Assembly (NCBI GenBank): GCA_963771175.1
Contig: CAVYSY010000054.1
Coordinates: forward strand, 96,001-160,000
From: an uncultured delta proteobacterium
Lineage (GTDB): Bacteria > Myxococcota > Myxococcia > Myxococcales > Myxococcaceae
DNA: 64,000 bases
Direction of reading: 5' to 3'
Of this stretch, positions 10,522 to 20,069 are shown piece after piece. The notes under the pieces are model-generated. The model was not told where the DNA came from. It searched no databases and worked only from the letters and a program-made list of their open reading frames with translations. The position numbers were made by a program, and so were the translations under genes. How positions within the stretch are numbered: the stretch's first letter is position 1; every line of letters starts with the position of its first letter.

Positions 10522-11544
10522 ATGGGTGGCACGATGAAGCGTTGGCAGTTGTGGCAGGCGGGCCGGGGAAACCTGGAGTTGGCGGACGTGGCGATTCCCA
10601 GCCCGGGCCCGGGCGAGGTCCTGGTCCGCGTCTCGGCGGTGTCACTCAACTACCGCGAGAAGCTCTTCCTGGACGGGGCTGGGTACGCGAATGCGCCCGG
10701 GCCGTATGTCCCGACCTCCGACATGGCGGGGGAGGTCGTCGCCACCGGGGCGGGCGCCCACCGCTTCAAGGAAGGCGACCGGGTCCTCGCCAACTTCCAG
10801 ACCGACTGGGTAGACGGCGCGGTGCCTCGCGCGAATGGCGGAGTGCGCAGTCTGGGCGGCAGCGTGCCGGGCGTGTTGGCCGAGTACGTGGCCATGCCCG
10901 AGAGCTGGCTGGTGGCCTCACCCGGAACGCTGGACGACGTGCAGGCGAGCACGTTGCCGTGTGCCGGGCTCACCGCCTGGACCGCACTGGTGGAGTTGGG
11001 GGGGCTGCGCCCGGGCCAGACGGTGGTGACGCAGGGCACGGGCGGCGTGTCCCTGTTCGCCGTGCAGCTCGCCTCGGCCATGGGCGCGCGGGTCATCGTG
11101 GTCTCGGGGGATGAGGACAAGCTTTCCCGCGCGAGGGGGCTGGGCGCGGCCCACGGCATCCATCGTCGCCACACGCCGGACTGGGAGAAGGCCGTGCTCG
11201 ACCTCACCCGGGGCGAGGGCGCCGACCACATCCTGGAGTTGGTCGGTGGCGCCAACCTCGCCCGCTCGGTGAACGCCCTTGCGTCCGGCGGGCGCATCTC
11301 CCTGATTGGCGTGCTGGAGGGCTTCGAGGTCCGCTTCCCGGTGATGCCGCTGTTCCAGTCGCAGGGCATCATCCAGGGCATCTTCGTCGGACATCGGCGC
11401 GGCCTGGAGAACCTGGTGCGCGCGGTCGACCGGCTCTCGCTCAAGCCCGTGGTCGATACCGTCTACCCGCTCGCCGACTTCCCGAAGGCGCTGGAGCACC
11501 TGGACCGCGGGCCCTTCGGCAAGCTCGTGATTCGCGTCCGCTAG
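10522..11544 (+). CDS. Zinc-type alcohol dehydrogenase-like / NADPH:quinone oxidoreductase (MDR family)
   Basis: SLNYRE, LPCAGLTAW, QGTGGVS, GPFGKLVI; alternative start 10534. Confidence 0.92.
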   Translation: MGGTMKRWQLWQAGRGNLELADVAIPSPGPGEVLVRVSAVSLNYREKLFLDGAGYANAPGPYVPTSDMAGEVVATGAGAHRFKEGDRVLANFQTDWVDGAVPRANGGVRSLGGSVPGVLAEYVAMPESWLVASPGTLDDVQASTLPCAGLTAWTALVELGGLRPGQTVVTQGTGGVSLFAVQLASAMGARVIVVSGDEDKLSRARGLGAAHGIHRRHTPDWEKAVLDLTRGEGADHILELVGGANLARSVNALASGGRISLIGVLEGFEVRFPVMPLFQSQGIIQGIFVGHRRGLENLVRAVDRLSLKPVVDTVYPLADFPKALEHLDRGPFGKLVIRVR

Positions 11545-11556
11545 TCGCCGCGGCTC

Positions 11557-11610
11557 CCGGCGCCTGCTCGAGCGCCGGGGCCTGTTCGCCTGGTGAGGCC
11601 CGGCGGGGCT
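11557..11610 (+). repeat. 54-bp direct repeat, copy A (orphan copy of radical SAM gene 3' end)
   Basis: Identical to 15611-15664 by direct comparison. Confidence 0.95.
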
Positions 11611-11646
11611 ACTTCGGCCTGTAGCGCCGACGATGCGCTGCGCCAC

Positions 11647-12165
11647 TCACTGCCCGAGCGATTGGGGCGGCGGCCTGGCGCTGAAGACGGGCGCATAGCA
11701 CTCCCCCTGGTGCTCGTAGAGGTCATCTGGGCAGGGGGCCTTGAGCCTGTGAGGCATCCAGCAGGCGCCCACCAGCTCTACCTGGACGTAGCGAGTGCAT
11801 GGGGGGCGCTTCTGCCCTTTAAAGGGCTCGCGCGGTAGGGGCCAGGAGAGTACAGGCCCCCGCTGAGGCTCGCCGTCCGCGAGCCAACCTCTGACGAAAG
11901 GGTCCGGCTTCTCGGCGGCCGTCAGCACCTCAGGGCTCACGGGCGTTGGTGCGGCTCTCTCCAAGGGGTCCGCACCGTTCGGCGGTTGGGTCTCAGGGTT
12001 CAGGAGGACCAGCAACAAGAGCACGGCACTTCCGCTCGTCTTGCGTGTGGCCCGGTAGCGTTCTCCCTGGCTGTGCGTGGGTTGCGGCACCTGCTCCTGG
12101 ATGCGGTAGGGCCCCAACTGCTCCGGTTGCTCCCAGCTCGACTCGGCCTTCTTCTCCGTGCCCAC
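11647..12165 (-). pseudogene. Copy 2 of kinase-N-lobe-like membrane protein, in-frame internal deletion
   Basis: Same N- and C-termini as 6679-7473 but jumps from RATRKTSG to AVLLLLVLL, lacking roughly 90 codons. Confidence 0.7.
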
Positions 12166-12306
12166 GCGTGCTCCTCCCAGGCCTCCTCGTTCGCTCAAGG
12201 CCTGAAGCTCCTATCTGCACCGGGTTGGGCGCTCGCTCCAGGAGGTGCATGGTGCATCAGGGGGCGCCCTGCCCTACAAGTGGCGTGGCTCTCTGGATCT
12301 TCCTGC

Positions 12307-12394
12307 CTACGAAGGTGTCAAACACCTCGTACGGCACAGGTGCAGCGCAACGCGCCAGGCGAAGTGTTTGACACCTTCCCCGACACCTTCCCCC
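12307..12394. repeat. REP-like palindromic element 1
   Basis: GAAGGTGTCAAACAC ... GTGTTTGACACCTTC inverted arms plus tandem GACACCTTCCCC. Confidence 0.8.
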
Positions 12395-12442
12395 GGGGAA
12401 GACGCCTCGTTCTTCCCTCTGAGGTGCTCAAGCGCTCCGGCG

Positions 12443-13630
12443 CTACCGGTAGAAGTGGTCCGCGAGGAGGCGGGCGTTGAAGAGCATGGCGTCGTAGCTC
12501 GTGTAGACACCGTGCCCGAAGCACGTCGCCAGGCAGTTCGGCAGGGCGCCCGTGCCCCGGTCGCCGTAGTCGACGAGGTAGCTGAACCCGTCCCGCGGCA
12601 CGCGCGCGCCGTGGCGCACGTGCTGGAGCCACGCCTTCACGTCATAGCCCTCGCCGAGGATGGCATCGAGCCGCGCGGCCAGCTCCCGCTCCTTCGCGCT
12701 GCCCGGCGGCAGGTCCGAACCGGCGATGCCCCACTGATGCACGTAGTCGCCACTCTCGGTGTTGAGGACGCCGGCGACGGTGCTCCCGCGCGGCTCCGCG
12801 CCCCGGTGGTTGATGACGTGGAGGACGCGGCACCGCCGGCCCGCGGCCCAGCCATAGCGCGGCGGCATGCCGAAGGTGGCGATGTCGAGCCGCGCGCGGG
12901 CGACCCCGCGCGCCATCTCCTGCAGCGCCTCCGTGGGCTCGCCCGCGTCGCGCACGGCCTGCCAGAGCGCCTCCGCGGTCCGCGCCGGGTAGACGAGCTG
13001 CGTGAGCAGGGCGAGCACCTGGCCGCCATGGCTGTGCCCGAGCAGCAGCGTCCGCTTGCTCCCGAGCTCCGAGGTGCCCAGGAGCCGCAGCAGCTCCACG
13101 GCCGCGCGCAGGCGGGCGACGTGGTTGTTCGCCGAGGACCAGACGAAGCGCGTCGCGCGGAGGTCGCCGCCCAGCGCCTTCTCGAAGAGCGAGACGTACT
13201 CGGGGGTGTAGTTGCCGAGATCTCGCAGGACGCGATCGCTCGGGAGCTTGGAGAGGCGGCGCAGGGACGGCATGAGCCCCGGACTCAGCGCCGAGAGGGG
13301 CCCCTCGAGCGCGGCGAGCAGCAGGGTGGGATCATGGCCGACGAAGGTGCCATGCACGAAGACGACGTGGCGCACCCCGGCGCGGCGCAGCCGGCGGCCC
13401 GCCTGCTCCATCGCCTCGCGCCAGGCGGGAGATTGGGCCTCGAGGACGGGCGTCTCGCGAGCGAACGGCGGCATCGCTTCGCGCGCCCGCACCGCGAACG
13501 TCCCGGGCCGCGGCGCGGCGTCGTACTGCTGGGGTTGGCAGAGGGCCGGCGTCGGGCGGAGCCGCCACGCGATGACGAGCCCGGCGATCGCGGCGGCGAG
13601 GAGGAGGAGCGTGAGGGCGAGCCACAGCAT
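12443..13630 (-). CDS. Membrane-anchored alpha/beta-hydrolase-fold protein
   Basis: N-terminal TM MLWLALTLLLLAAA, VFVHGT, FVWSSANNH, LLGHSHGGQV nucleophile elbow. Confidence 0.75.
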   Translation of the reverse strand: MLWLALTLLLLAAAIAGLVIAWRLRPTPALCQPQQYDAAPRPGTFAVRAREAMPPFARETPVLEAQSPAWREAMEQAGRRLRRAGVRHVVFVHGTFVGHDPTLLLAALEGPLSALSPGLMPSLRRLSKLPSDRVLRDLGNYTPEYVSLFEKALGGDLRATRFVWSSANNHVARLRAAVELLRLLGTSELGSKRTLLLGHSHGGQVLALLTQLVYPARTAEALWQAVRDAGEPTEALQEMARGVARARLDIATFGMPPRYGWAAGRRCRVLHVINHRGAEPRGSTVAGVLNTESGDYVHQWGIAGSDLPPGSAKERELAARLDAILGEGYDVKAWLQHVRHGARVPRDGFSYLVDYGDRGTGALPNCLATCFGHGVYTSYDAMLFNARLLADHFYR

Positions 13631-13652
13631 GCCGTGGCAGCTTATCGGGAAG

Positions 13653-13747
13653 CCGGATGGGGTGTCCGGATGGGGTGTCAGACGACTCGTAGGGCGCGAA
13701 GGTCGGAACGAGTCCTTTGACACCTGACCGGGGACACCTGACCGGGG
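13653..13747. repeat. REP-like palindromic element 2
   Basis: (CCGGATGGGGTGT)x2-CAGACGACTCGT ... ACGAGTC-CTTTGACACC-TGACCGG-GGACACCTGACCGG; same core as element 1. Confidence 0.7.
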
Positions 13748-13804
13748 CGGGCCCGCACCTTCATCGCGGTCTAGAGTGCTCACGACCCCTTTCCTGGAGG
13801 GCCC

Positions 13805-14554
13805 ATGGGGCACACCGCCGAGTACGACACCCTGGCCGAGGAGTACCAGCAGTCCAAGCTGATTCCCTTCCGTCTCGAACTCGAGCACTACAGCCTGTTC
13901 GAACAGCTGGGCGATCTCCGGGGCAAGCGGGTGCTGGACCTGGCCTGTGGCGAGGGCTTCTACAGCCGGCGGATGAAGCGGCGGGGGGCGGCCACCGTTC
14001 ATGGGGTGGACGTGTCCTCGGCGATGATCGAGCTGGCTCGCGAGGCCGAGCGCCGCGAGCCGCTCGGGTGTACCTACTCGGTGGGCGATGTGGCCGGGCT
14101 CGAGCGCCTGGGCGACTTCGACCAGGTGGTCGGCTGTTACCTGCTCAATCAGGCGCGGACACGCGAGCAGCTCCTGGACTTCTGCCGGGCCATCCGCCGC
14201 AACCTCGTGCCGGGCGGGCGCTTCGTGGGGGTCGCCGACAACCCGCGCAGTGACCCGAAGCACTACGAGAGCTACCGCCCCTATGGCCTCACCAAGCAGG
14301 TCCCCTCGCCGCGCACCGAGGGGGACCTCATCACCCTCACCTTCTTCAACCCGGACGGCACGAGCTTCCAGCTCACCAATGCCTACCTGGCGCCCGAAGC
14401 CTATGAGTGGGCCTTCCGTGAGGCGGGCTTCTCCTCCTTCCAGTGGGTGCCCGTGAGGGCGCGTCCCAACCCGGACAACGAGGCCGCCGTCTTCTGGCAG
14501 CGGTTCGCGGAGATGGAGCCCCTGGTCCTCGTGGAGGCCCGCTCGGACGGATAG
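13805..14554 (+). CDS. Class I SAM-dependent methyltransferase
   Basis: VLDLACGEG, GVDVS, LVPGGRF; GGAGG RBS. Confidence 0.92.
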   Translation: MGHTAEYDTLAEEYQQSKLIPFRLELEHYSLFEQLGDLRGKRVLDLACGEGFYSRRMKRRGAATVHGVDVSSAMIELAREAERREPLGCTYSVGDVAGLERLGDFDQVVGCYLLNQARTREQLLDFCRAIRRNLVPGGRFVGVADNPRSDPKHYESYRPYGLTKQVPSPRTEGDLITLTFFNPDGTSFQLTNAYLAPEAYEWAFREAGFSSFQWVPVRARPNPDNEAAVFWQRFAEMEPLVLVEARSDG

Positions 14555-14666
14555 GCACGGGCTCTCTGACACCCTGCCGGAGTCCGCGCGCCAGCGAAGC
14601 AGGCTGGCGGACTCGGTCCCCTGGCGCCGACTGCGCCGCCCGCGCCAGGGGGCTACGTTTGCCCTC

Positions 14667-15650
14667 ATGAGCTGGCCTGCGTATCTGGCGCTCCATGAAA
14701 GCGGAGAGTTGAAGCGGCGTGCGGAGGAGGCGGTCGCCGCGCTGGGTTCCTGCCGCCTCTGCCCGCGCGACTGTGGCGTGGACCGACTGGCCGACCGGAA
14801 GATGGCCTGCAAGGTGGGCCGGAAGGCGCGCGTCTCGGCGCACTTCGCGCACTTCGGCGAGGAGGACTGCCTGCGCGGCTGGAACGGCTCGGGCACGATC
14901 TTCTTCTGCGTGCTGCAACCTGCGCTGCGTCTTCTGCCAGAACTGGGAGACCTCGCAGGACGGGCGAGCGGCCGCGAGGTGGCCGCCGCACGAGCTGGCC
15001 GAGCTGATGCTCGACCTGCAGGAGCGGGGCTGCCACAACATCAACTTCGTCACGCCCGAGCACGTGGTGCCGCAGATCCTCGAGGCGCTGGTGCATCGCG
15101 GTCGAGCGCGGGCTGCGGCTGCCGCTCGTCTACAACACCGGCGCCTACGACTCGGCTGGAGAGCCTGCGCGCTGCTCGACGGCGTGGTCGACATCTACAT
15201 GCCGGACTTCAAGTTCTGGACGCCGCGAGTCCGCCGCGCGCGGTACCTGCAAGGCGCGCGGACTATCCGGAGCGCGGCGCGGCGGACGATTCGCGAGATG
15301 CACCGGCAGGTGGGCGACCTGGTGGTCGACGAGCGACGGCCTCGCGCGGCGCGGGCTGCTCGTGCGCCACCTGGTGATGCCGGGCGGCGCTGGAGGAGAC
15401 GCGAGGCGATCCTGGGCTGGCTCGTCGCGAGGAGCTCGGCCCGGACACGTACGTCAACGTCATGGACCAGTACCACCCGGACGGGCGGGTGCTGCGCGAG
15501 CCCCAGCGCTTCCCCGCGCTGACCCGGCCGCTGTCGCGGGGCGACTTCCAGCGGGCCGTGGAGTACGCGCGGGAGGCGGGGCTGCGGCGGCTCGACGAGC
15601 GGAGGCCGCACCGGCGCCTGCTCGAGCGCCGGGGCCTGTTCGCCTGGTGA
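14667..15650 (+). CDS. Radical SAM protein, PflX-like (many indels)
   Basis: CRLCPRDCGVDR, HFGEEDCL.GWNGSGTIFF, CNLRCVFCQN, NINFVTP, DIYMPDFK, VRHLVMPG, MDQYHP. Confidence 0.88.
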
Positions 15651-15664
15651 GGCCCGGCGGGGCT
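15611..15664 (+). repeat. 54-bp direct repeat, copy B (native 3' end of radical SAM gene)
   Basis: Identical to 11557-11610. Confidence 0.95.
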
Positions 15665-15666
15665 CC

Positions 15667-15689
15667 GGGAAGGTGTTTGACACCTTCCC
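15667..15689. repeat. REP-like palindromic element 3
   Basis: GGGAAGGTGT-TTG-ACACCTTCCC perfect 10-bp stem. Confidence 0.8.
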
Positions 15690-15707
15690 GGGACGAGCCC
15701 GGGGAAC

Positions 15708-16304
15708 CTACGTCGCCTCGGGTGCCCCGAGAACTGCCGCGGCCCAGGTGGGGAGGGGGGAGTGACGCTCGACGGCCATGCCCCGCTCCAATCGTCCGAG
15801 CAGGCGGTACGGATTTCGGGCATCGCTGTTGTCGTACAGACGCGTCTCGTCCACGAACCTCGCCGCCTGCGCCAGGTTGGCGAGCGTGCGGGGGAAGCGG
15901 CTGAAGAGCTTCTCGTCCGGCACGTCATGTCCGCCCTGGGCTACCCGGCTGATGACACGCGCCTGCGACAGCTCGGGCGAGTCCAGCCCGATGAACAGGA
16001 GGACGACCCGGTAGCCGGCCGTCATGGCTTCACGCAAGAAGGCGAGCTTGTCCCCAGCCGGGTCGGAGAACACGGTTTCCATGCAGAAGCTCTCGCCCTC
16101 CGTGACGAGGGCTCGTCGCTCGGCATCCGCCGCTCGCGCGGCGGCGTACGAGGCACCGGCCGGGTCCTCGGGGGCAATCGCGAGCGCGAGGAGATCGGCG
16201 TTGACGAAGCGCAAGCCGGTCACCCGGAGCCTCCGCTCGAAGAACGTGGACTTTCCCGCCCCATTGGGGCCGGCGAGCACCACGAGCGTGGGCTGCGTGC
16301 TCAA
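15708..16304 (-). CDS. Zeta-toxin family P-loop kinase (predicted TA toxin)
   Basis: AGPNGAGKST, FVNAD, ETVFS, RVISRVAQGGHDVP, YDNS. Confidence 0.88.
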   Translation of the reverse strand: MSTQPTLVVLAGPNGAGKSTFFERRLRVTGLRFVNADLLALAIAPEDPAGASYAAARAADAERRALVTEGESFCMETVFSDPAGDKLAFLREAMTAGYRVVLLFIGLDSPELSQARVISRVAQGGHDVPDEKLFSRFPRTLANLAQAARFVDETRLYDNSDARNPYRLLGRLERGMAVERHSPLPTWAAAVLGAPEAT

Positions 16305-16684
16305 CGTGGATCCGTACCTTCCGGGACGAACACCCGCCCGACGAACTTCCCACGCGTTCGGGTCCCGTCCGGGTTCTCACGCACGATGCCGCCCGGCCGC
16401 TCGGGATCGGCGCTGTAGAGGGGCTGGCTCGAGGCCGCGAGGTGGGCACGCATCTCGTCCTGCCCCTCGGTCGACTCCGCGTAGGTCAGTGCGTCCTCGA
16501 GCGACAGCAACTCTTTGCCGCGGCGCTTGAGCGCCCGGATCTGCCCGTGGCCAAGTACCGCCTCCACGGCCATTCCCAGTCGCACCCAGTGTTCGATCTG
16601 GCCCGTGATGGAGCGATCGCTCGTCTCCGCTTCCTCACGCGCCAAACTCACGATCTCATCGCTAATGCGCAGGGGAAGTCCCAT
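16301..16684 (-). CDS. ParD-like (RHH) antitoxin
   Basis: MGLPLRISDEIVSLAREEA...RSITGQIEHWVRLG; 4-bp overlap with toxin; GGAGG RBS. Confidence 0.82.
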   Translation of the reverse strand: MGLPLRISDEIVSLAREEAETSDRSITGQIEHWVRLGMAVEAVLGHGQIRALKRRGKELLSLEDALTYAESTEGQDEMRAHLAASSQPLYSADPERPGGIVRENPDGTRTRGKFVGRVFVPEGTDPR

Positions 16685-16718
16685 GACCCAACCTCCACAT
16701 CGCAAGATTCTACGTTCA

Positions 16719-16735
16719 TGTAGCAATATGCTACA
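16719..16735. promoter_or_regulatory. Putative antitoxin operator
   Basis: Perfect TGTAGCA-ATA-TGCTACA inverted repeat just upstream of a minus-strand TAGAAT -10 box. Confidence 0.65.
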
Positions 16736-16838
16736 GGCCCGCCTCGTCGGCAACGTTCTGTGTTCTCGGTAGGTTGTTGTCCCATGGCTCGCCTGCCCGC
16801 TCGCTTCCACTACAGGAGATGAAGCGGCCGGCCAGCCA

Positions 16839-16869
16839 CTACGAAGGTGTCAAACACCTCGTACGGCAC
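16839..16869 (+). repeat. REP-like element 4 (half element)
   Basis: 31 bp identical to 12307-12337. Confidence 0.9.
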
Positions 16870-17016
16870 GGTTACGACAAGGGGAAGACACCCTCCAAGC
16901 GGCACCAGCAGCAGCAGATCGCCATCGCCGAGCGGCGTCTGGCCCTCTTCAAGCAACGCGAAAGGGAGAATGTCGAGCGGCAGCCCTCGCCCGCTACAGC
17001 CAAGCGGCGGAAGTAG
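16867..17016 (+). pseudogene. C-terminal remnant of RelE/ParE/Gp49-like toxin
   Basis: HGYDKGKTPSKRHQQQQIAIAERRL resembles RelE-family C-termini; precedes HTH gene; starts at end of element 4. Confidence 0.5.
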
Positions 17017-17018
17017 CC

Positions 17019-17047
17019 TTGCCGATTATGGGTTATAGGAATATCAT
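17019..17047 (+). promoter_or_regulatory. Sigma70-type promoter of HTH gene
   Basis: TTGCCG-17 bp-TATCAT, followed by AAGGAGG RBS. Confidence 0.55.
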
Positions 17048-17066
17048 TGGACCCGAAGGAGGGGCG

Positions 17067-17483
17067 ATGCGCACTCTCAAGGACCTGACAACCTTCGTGG
17101 AGAAGGAGGCAGCCAGCGAGGGCCCTGCTGCCCAGGCTGCCCTCCAGGCGGAGCGCGACCGCTTCCGTATCGCCCGAGAACTCGCCGAGGTGCGCAAGGC
17201 GAAGGGGCTCACTCAAAGCCAGCTCTCCGAGCGCTCGGGGGTGCCCCAGAGTGAGATCAGCAAGATGGAGTCGGGCAGGGCGAACGCCACCGAATTGACG
17301 CTCTTCAAGGTGCTGCACGCGCTGGGCTACGCCGTTCGTCTGGAGCCGCTCGGACGCACCACGGCCTCCAAGCGGGAGACCCTCCCCCGTGTCAGCCGTT
17401 CAGCGCGGACTGGTACACCCCGGCGAGCGCCCGCGCCTCGTGCGCCACGCCGAAGCGCTGGCGCGCCTCCTCGGCGGCGTTGA
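17067..17483 (+). CDS. XRE/Cro-C1 HTH protein (HigA-like antitoxin)
   Basis: RKAKGLTQSQLSERSGVPQSEISKMESG; last 92 bp overlap the convergent GT4 gene. Confidence 0.85.
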   Translation: MRTLKDLTTFVEKEAASEGPAAQAALQAERDRFRIARELAEVRKAKGLTQSQLSERSGVPQSEISKMESGRANATELTLFKVLHALGYAVRLEPLGRTTASKRETLPRVSRSARTGTPRRAPAPRAPRRSAGAPPRRR

Positions 17484-18395
17484 GCCCCACCTGCCGCGCC
17501 CGCTCCGGCTCGCGGAAGAGCATCGTGAGCAGCTCGCGCAGCGCCGGCACGTCCCCGGGCTCGTACATGAAGCCCGTGCGCCCGTGCTCGATGACGGCCG
17601 GCACGTGCGGCAGCCGCGTCACCACCGGACAGCAGCCGCTCGCCATCGCCTCCACCAGCACCATCGAGAAGGCCTCGCCGTACGAGGGGTGCACCAGGAT
17701 GCTCATCCCCTGGTACCAGGGCACCACGTTCTTGTGCTCGCCCGCCAGCACCAGCTGCCCCTCCGTGGACTCGCGCAGCTTCTCGGCCCACGCCGCGTCC
17801 TTGCCCTTGGCCAGCCCCACCAGCACCGGCTTCCACTCGGGGAAGTCGCGCAGCAGCGGGCGGATGGCCTCCACGAAGTCGCCCTGGCCCTTCTTGGGGC
17901 GCACCCGGCCCACCACTCCCACCCCGTAGCGCCCGCCCAGTCCCAAGCGACTGCCACGCCGCCGCACGGTCCGCCGGCGGCACGAAGCGCGTCCAGATCC
18001 ACCCCGTGCGTCACAATCTGGGACGGCATCCCCATCGACTCCGCGCCCTGCGGGTTGAGCGTGACGAGCTGCTCGGCGTAGCGGGCGATGAAGCGGGTGA
18101 ACCAGCTCGGCGCGTAGGCGCCGTGGCGCGTGTAGACGAGCCGCACCTGCTTCCCCAGCATCTTCAGCAGGAAGCCGAAGAGCAGCTCGTTGTTGCGGTG
18201 CGCGTGCCAGACCACCGGCTCCTCGCGGATGCGCCGCCACAGCTCGCCCCACGGTATCCGCGGCACGTCCGCCGCCAGGTGCTTGCCCAGCGCCCGCGTC
18301 TCCATCAGGCGCGCGAGCTCGGGGACGATCAGCTCGGTGTGGGCGGTGACGCCGGTGCGGCGCCGGTGGAAGTGCGGATGGACGACGAGTGGCAT
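17392..18395 (-). CDS. Glycosyltransferase family 4, LpcC-like LPS core transferase (frameshift about 17950)
   Basis: HFHRRRTGVT, WHAHRNNE, HGVD, GRVRPKKGQ, EAFSMVLVEAMASG. Confidence 0.88.
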
Positions 18396-18651
18396 GGGCG
18401 AGGGGGCTTCGGTCAAAACGCCGGTGTCTCTATCCCACCGGTGCCCTCCCGTCATCCGGACGACTTCAGTTGCGCCCGCCTCGCACGTGGCGTGTAGGTC
18501 TGGCGCACCTCTCCCACCTTTGGCGCCCTGGAGGTGCACAGGGCCCGGGTGGCCGCTCGTGGGGCGAGCAGCCCCGAGAGGCCCCGGCACGCGACGTGAA
18601 GAACGACCCGAGGTCAGAGGTTGACTCCTGGAGCTTACCTCCGGAGTCATC

Positions 18652-19956
18652 ATGGACCGTACGGGCAGTGCAGACCTTCCCCTCCATTCAGGCCGCGTGC
18701 CGGACTGGCTCGCCGAGCGCATGGCGCGCATGTCGCGCGTGCTGGTGGAGGCGCTCGTTCTCCAGTACGGCCGCCACGAGGTGCTGCGCCGGCTCGCGCA
18801 CCCCTTCTGGTTCCAGTCGCTCGGCGCCGTCATGGGCATGGACTGGCACTCGTCGGGCGTCACCACCACCGTGCTCGGCGCGCTCAAGCGCGGGCTGACT
18901 CCGGGCGGGCGCCAGCTCGGGTTGTACGTGGTGGGCGGCAAGGGCATGCAGGCGCGCCGCACCCCCGACGAGCTGCGCATCATCGGCGACCGCGTGGGCA
19001 TCGACGCCGACGCGCTCATCCGCGCCAGCCGTCTCGCGGCCAAGGTGGACAGCGCCGCGGTGCAGGACGGCTTCGAGCTGTATTCCCACAGCCTCATCCT
19101 CTCGGACGACAACGCGTGGGCGGTGGTGCAGCAGGGGATGAATACCGAGGCGCGGCAGGCCCGGCGCTACCACTGGCTCTCCGAGGGCCTCGGCAGCTTC
19201 GTGGAATCGCCCCACGCCGCCATCGAGGGGCCGCCCCAGGGCGTCATCCTCAACCTCACGGACAGGCGCGCCGCGAGGGCCCGGGCCGCCCAGGTGGAGC
19301 TCGTGTCCCAGGGGCCCGACGTGGTGGTGGGCGCGCTGCGCAAGCTGCGTCCCCAGGAGGCGCCCACTCCCGTCACCGCGCCCCTGCCGCTGCCGCACCT
19401 GCAGATGCCCCTGCACGAGGCGGTGACGCGCGATGATGTCCTCCTGCGCCGGCTCCACGGCACGCTGGCCGCCGCGGCCGAGCAGGGCCCCAAGGACTTC
19501 TCCGAGCTGCTCCTCACCCCCGGCGTGGGCGCTCGCACCGTGGCGGCGCTGGCCAGCGTGGCCGAGGTGATTCACGGCTCGCCCTCGCGCTTCACGGACC
19601 CCGCGCGCTTCTCGTTCGCCCAGGGCGGCAAGGACCGGCAGCCCTTCCCGGTGCGGCTCGACGTCTACGATGAGACCCTGCGCGTGCTGCGCGCGGCGGT
19701 GGACGCGGCGAGGCTCGGCAACGACGAGAAGCTCCAGGCCCTGCGCGAGTTGGACCGGCAGGCGCGCCGGCTCGAGGCCGTGGCCACCGGCCCCTCCTTC
19801 GAGGCGCTCGTCGAGGAGGGGTGGAAGGACGTGGGCGAGTTGCTGCCCACCGACGCTCCCCCGCAGGCGGCCTCGGGGGCGTCCCGGCTGGCGGCGCGCT
19901 CCCTCCACCCAGGGCCAGCTCGAGCTGCCCGGCCTGGGGGAGACCCTCGCAAGTAA
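18652..19956 (+). CDS. DUF763 domain protein
   Basis: GSADLPLHSGRVPDWL, WFQSLGAVMGMDWHSSG, VQDGFELY, FSFAQGGKD; true stop may be 19963. Confidence 0.88.
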   Translation: MDRTGSADLPLHSGRVPDWLAERMARMSRVLVEALVLQYGRHEVLRRLAHPFWFQSLGAVMGMDWHSSGVTTTVLGALKRGLTPGGRQLGLYVVGGKGMQARRTPDELRIIGDRVGIDADALIRASRLAAKVDSAAVQDGFELYSHSLILSDDNAWAVVQQGMNTEARQARRYHWLSEGLGSFVESPHAAIEGPPQGVILNLTDRRAARARAAQVELVSQGPDVVVGALRKLRPQEAPTPVTAPLPLPHLQMPLHEAVTRDDVLLRRLHGTLAAAAEQGPKDFSELLLTPGVGARTVAALASVAEVIHGSPSRFTDPARFSFAQGGKDRQPFPVRLDVYDETLRVLRAAVDAARLGNDEKLQALRELDRQARRLEAVATGPSFEALVEEGWKDVGELLPTDAPPQAASGASRLAARSLHPGPARAARPGGDPRK

Positions 19957-20069
19957 CAAGTAAGGTGCTCGACATCTCCGGTGAGGGGTCTCGGGACTGT
20001 ACCGGGGGCTCATGGCAGAAGGTCTTCTGCCTCTCCTGCTCCCCCCAGGTGACACAGGGAGTCTTCATC

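Noticed and set aside
12316..12372. Integron attC site (GTCAAAC...GTTTGAC, 57 bp)
   Set aside because: Mismatches to RYYYAAC/GTTRRRY, flanking genes are in mixed orientation and no intI is present; REP-like reading preferred
12443..14896. 817-aa ORF
   Set aside because: Only the part from ATG 13630 looks coding; the rest is antisense to the methyltransferase
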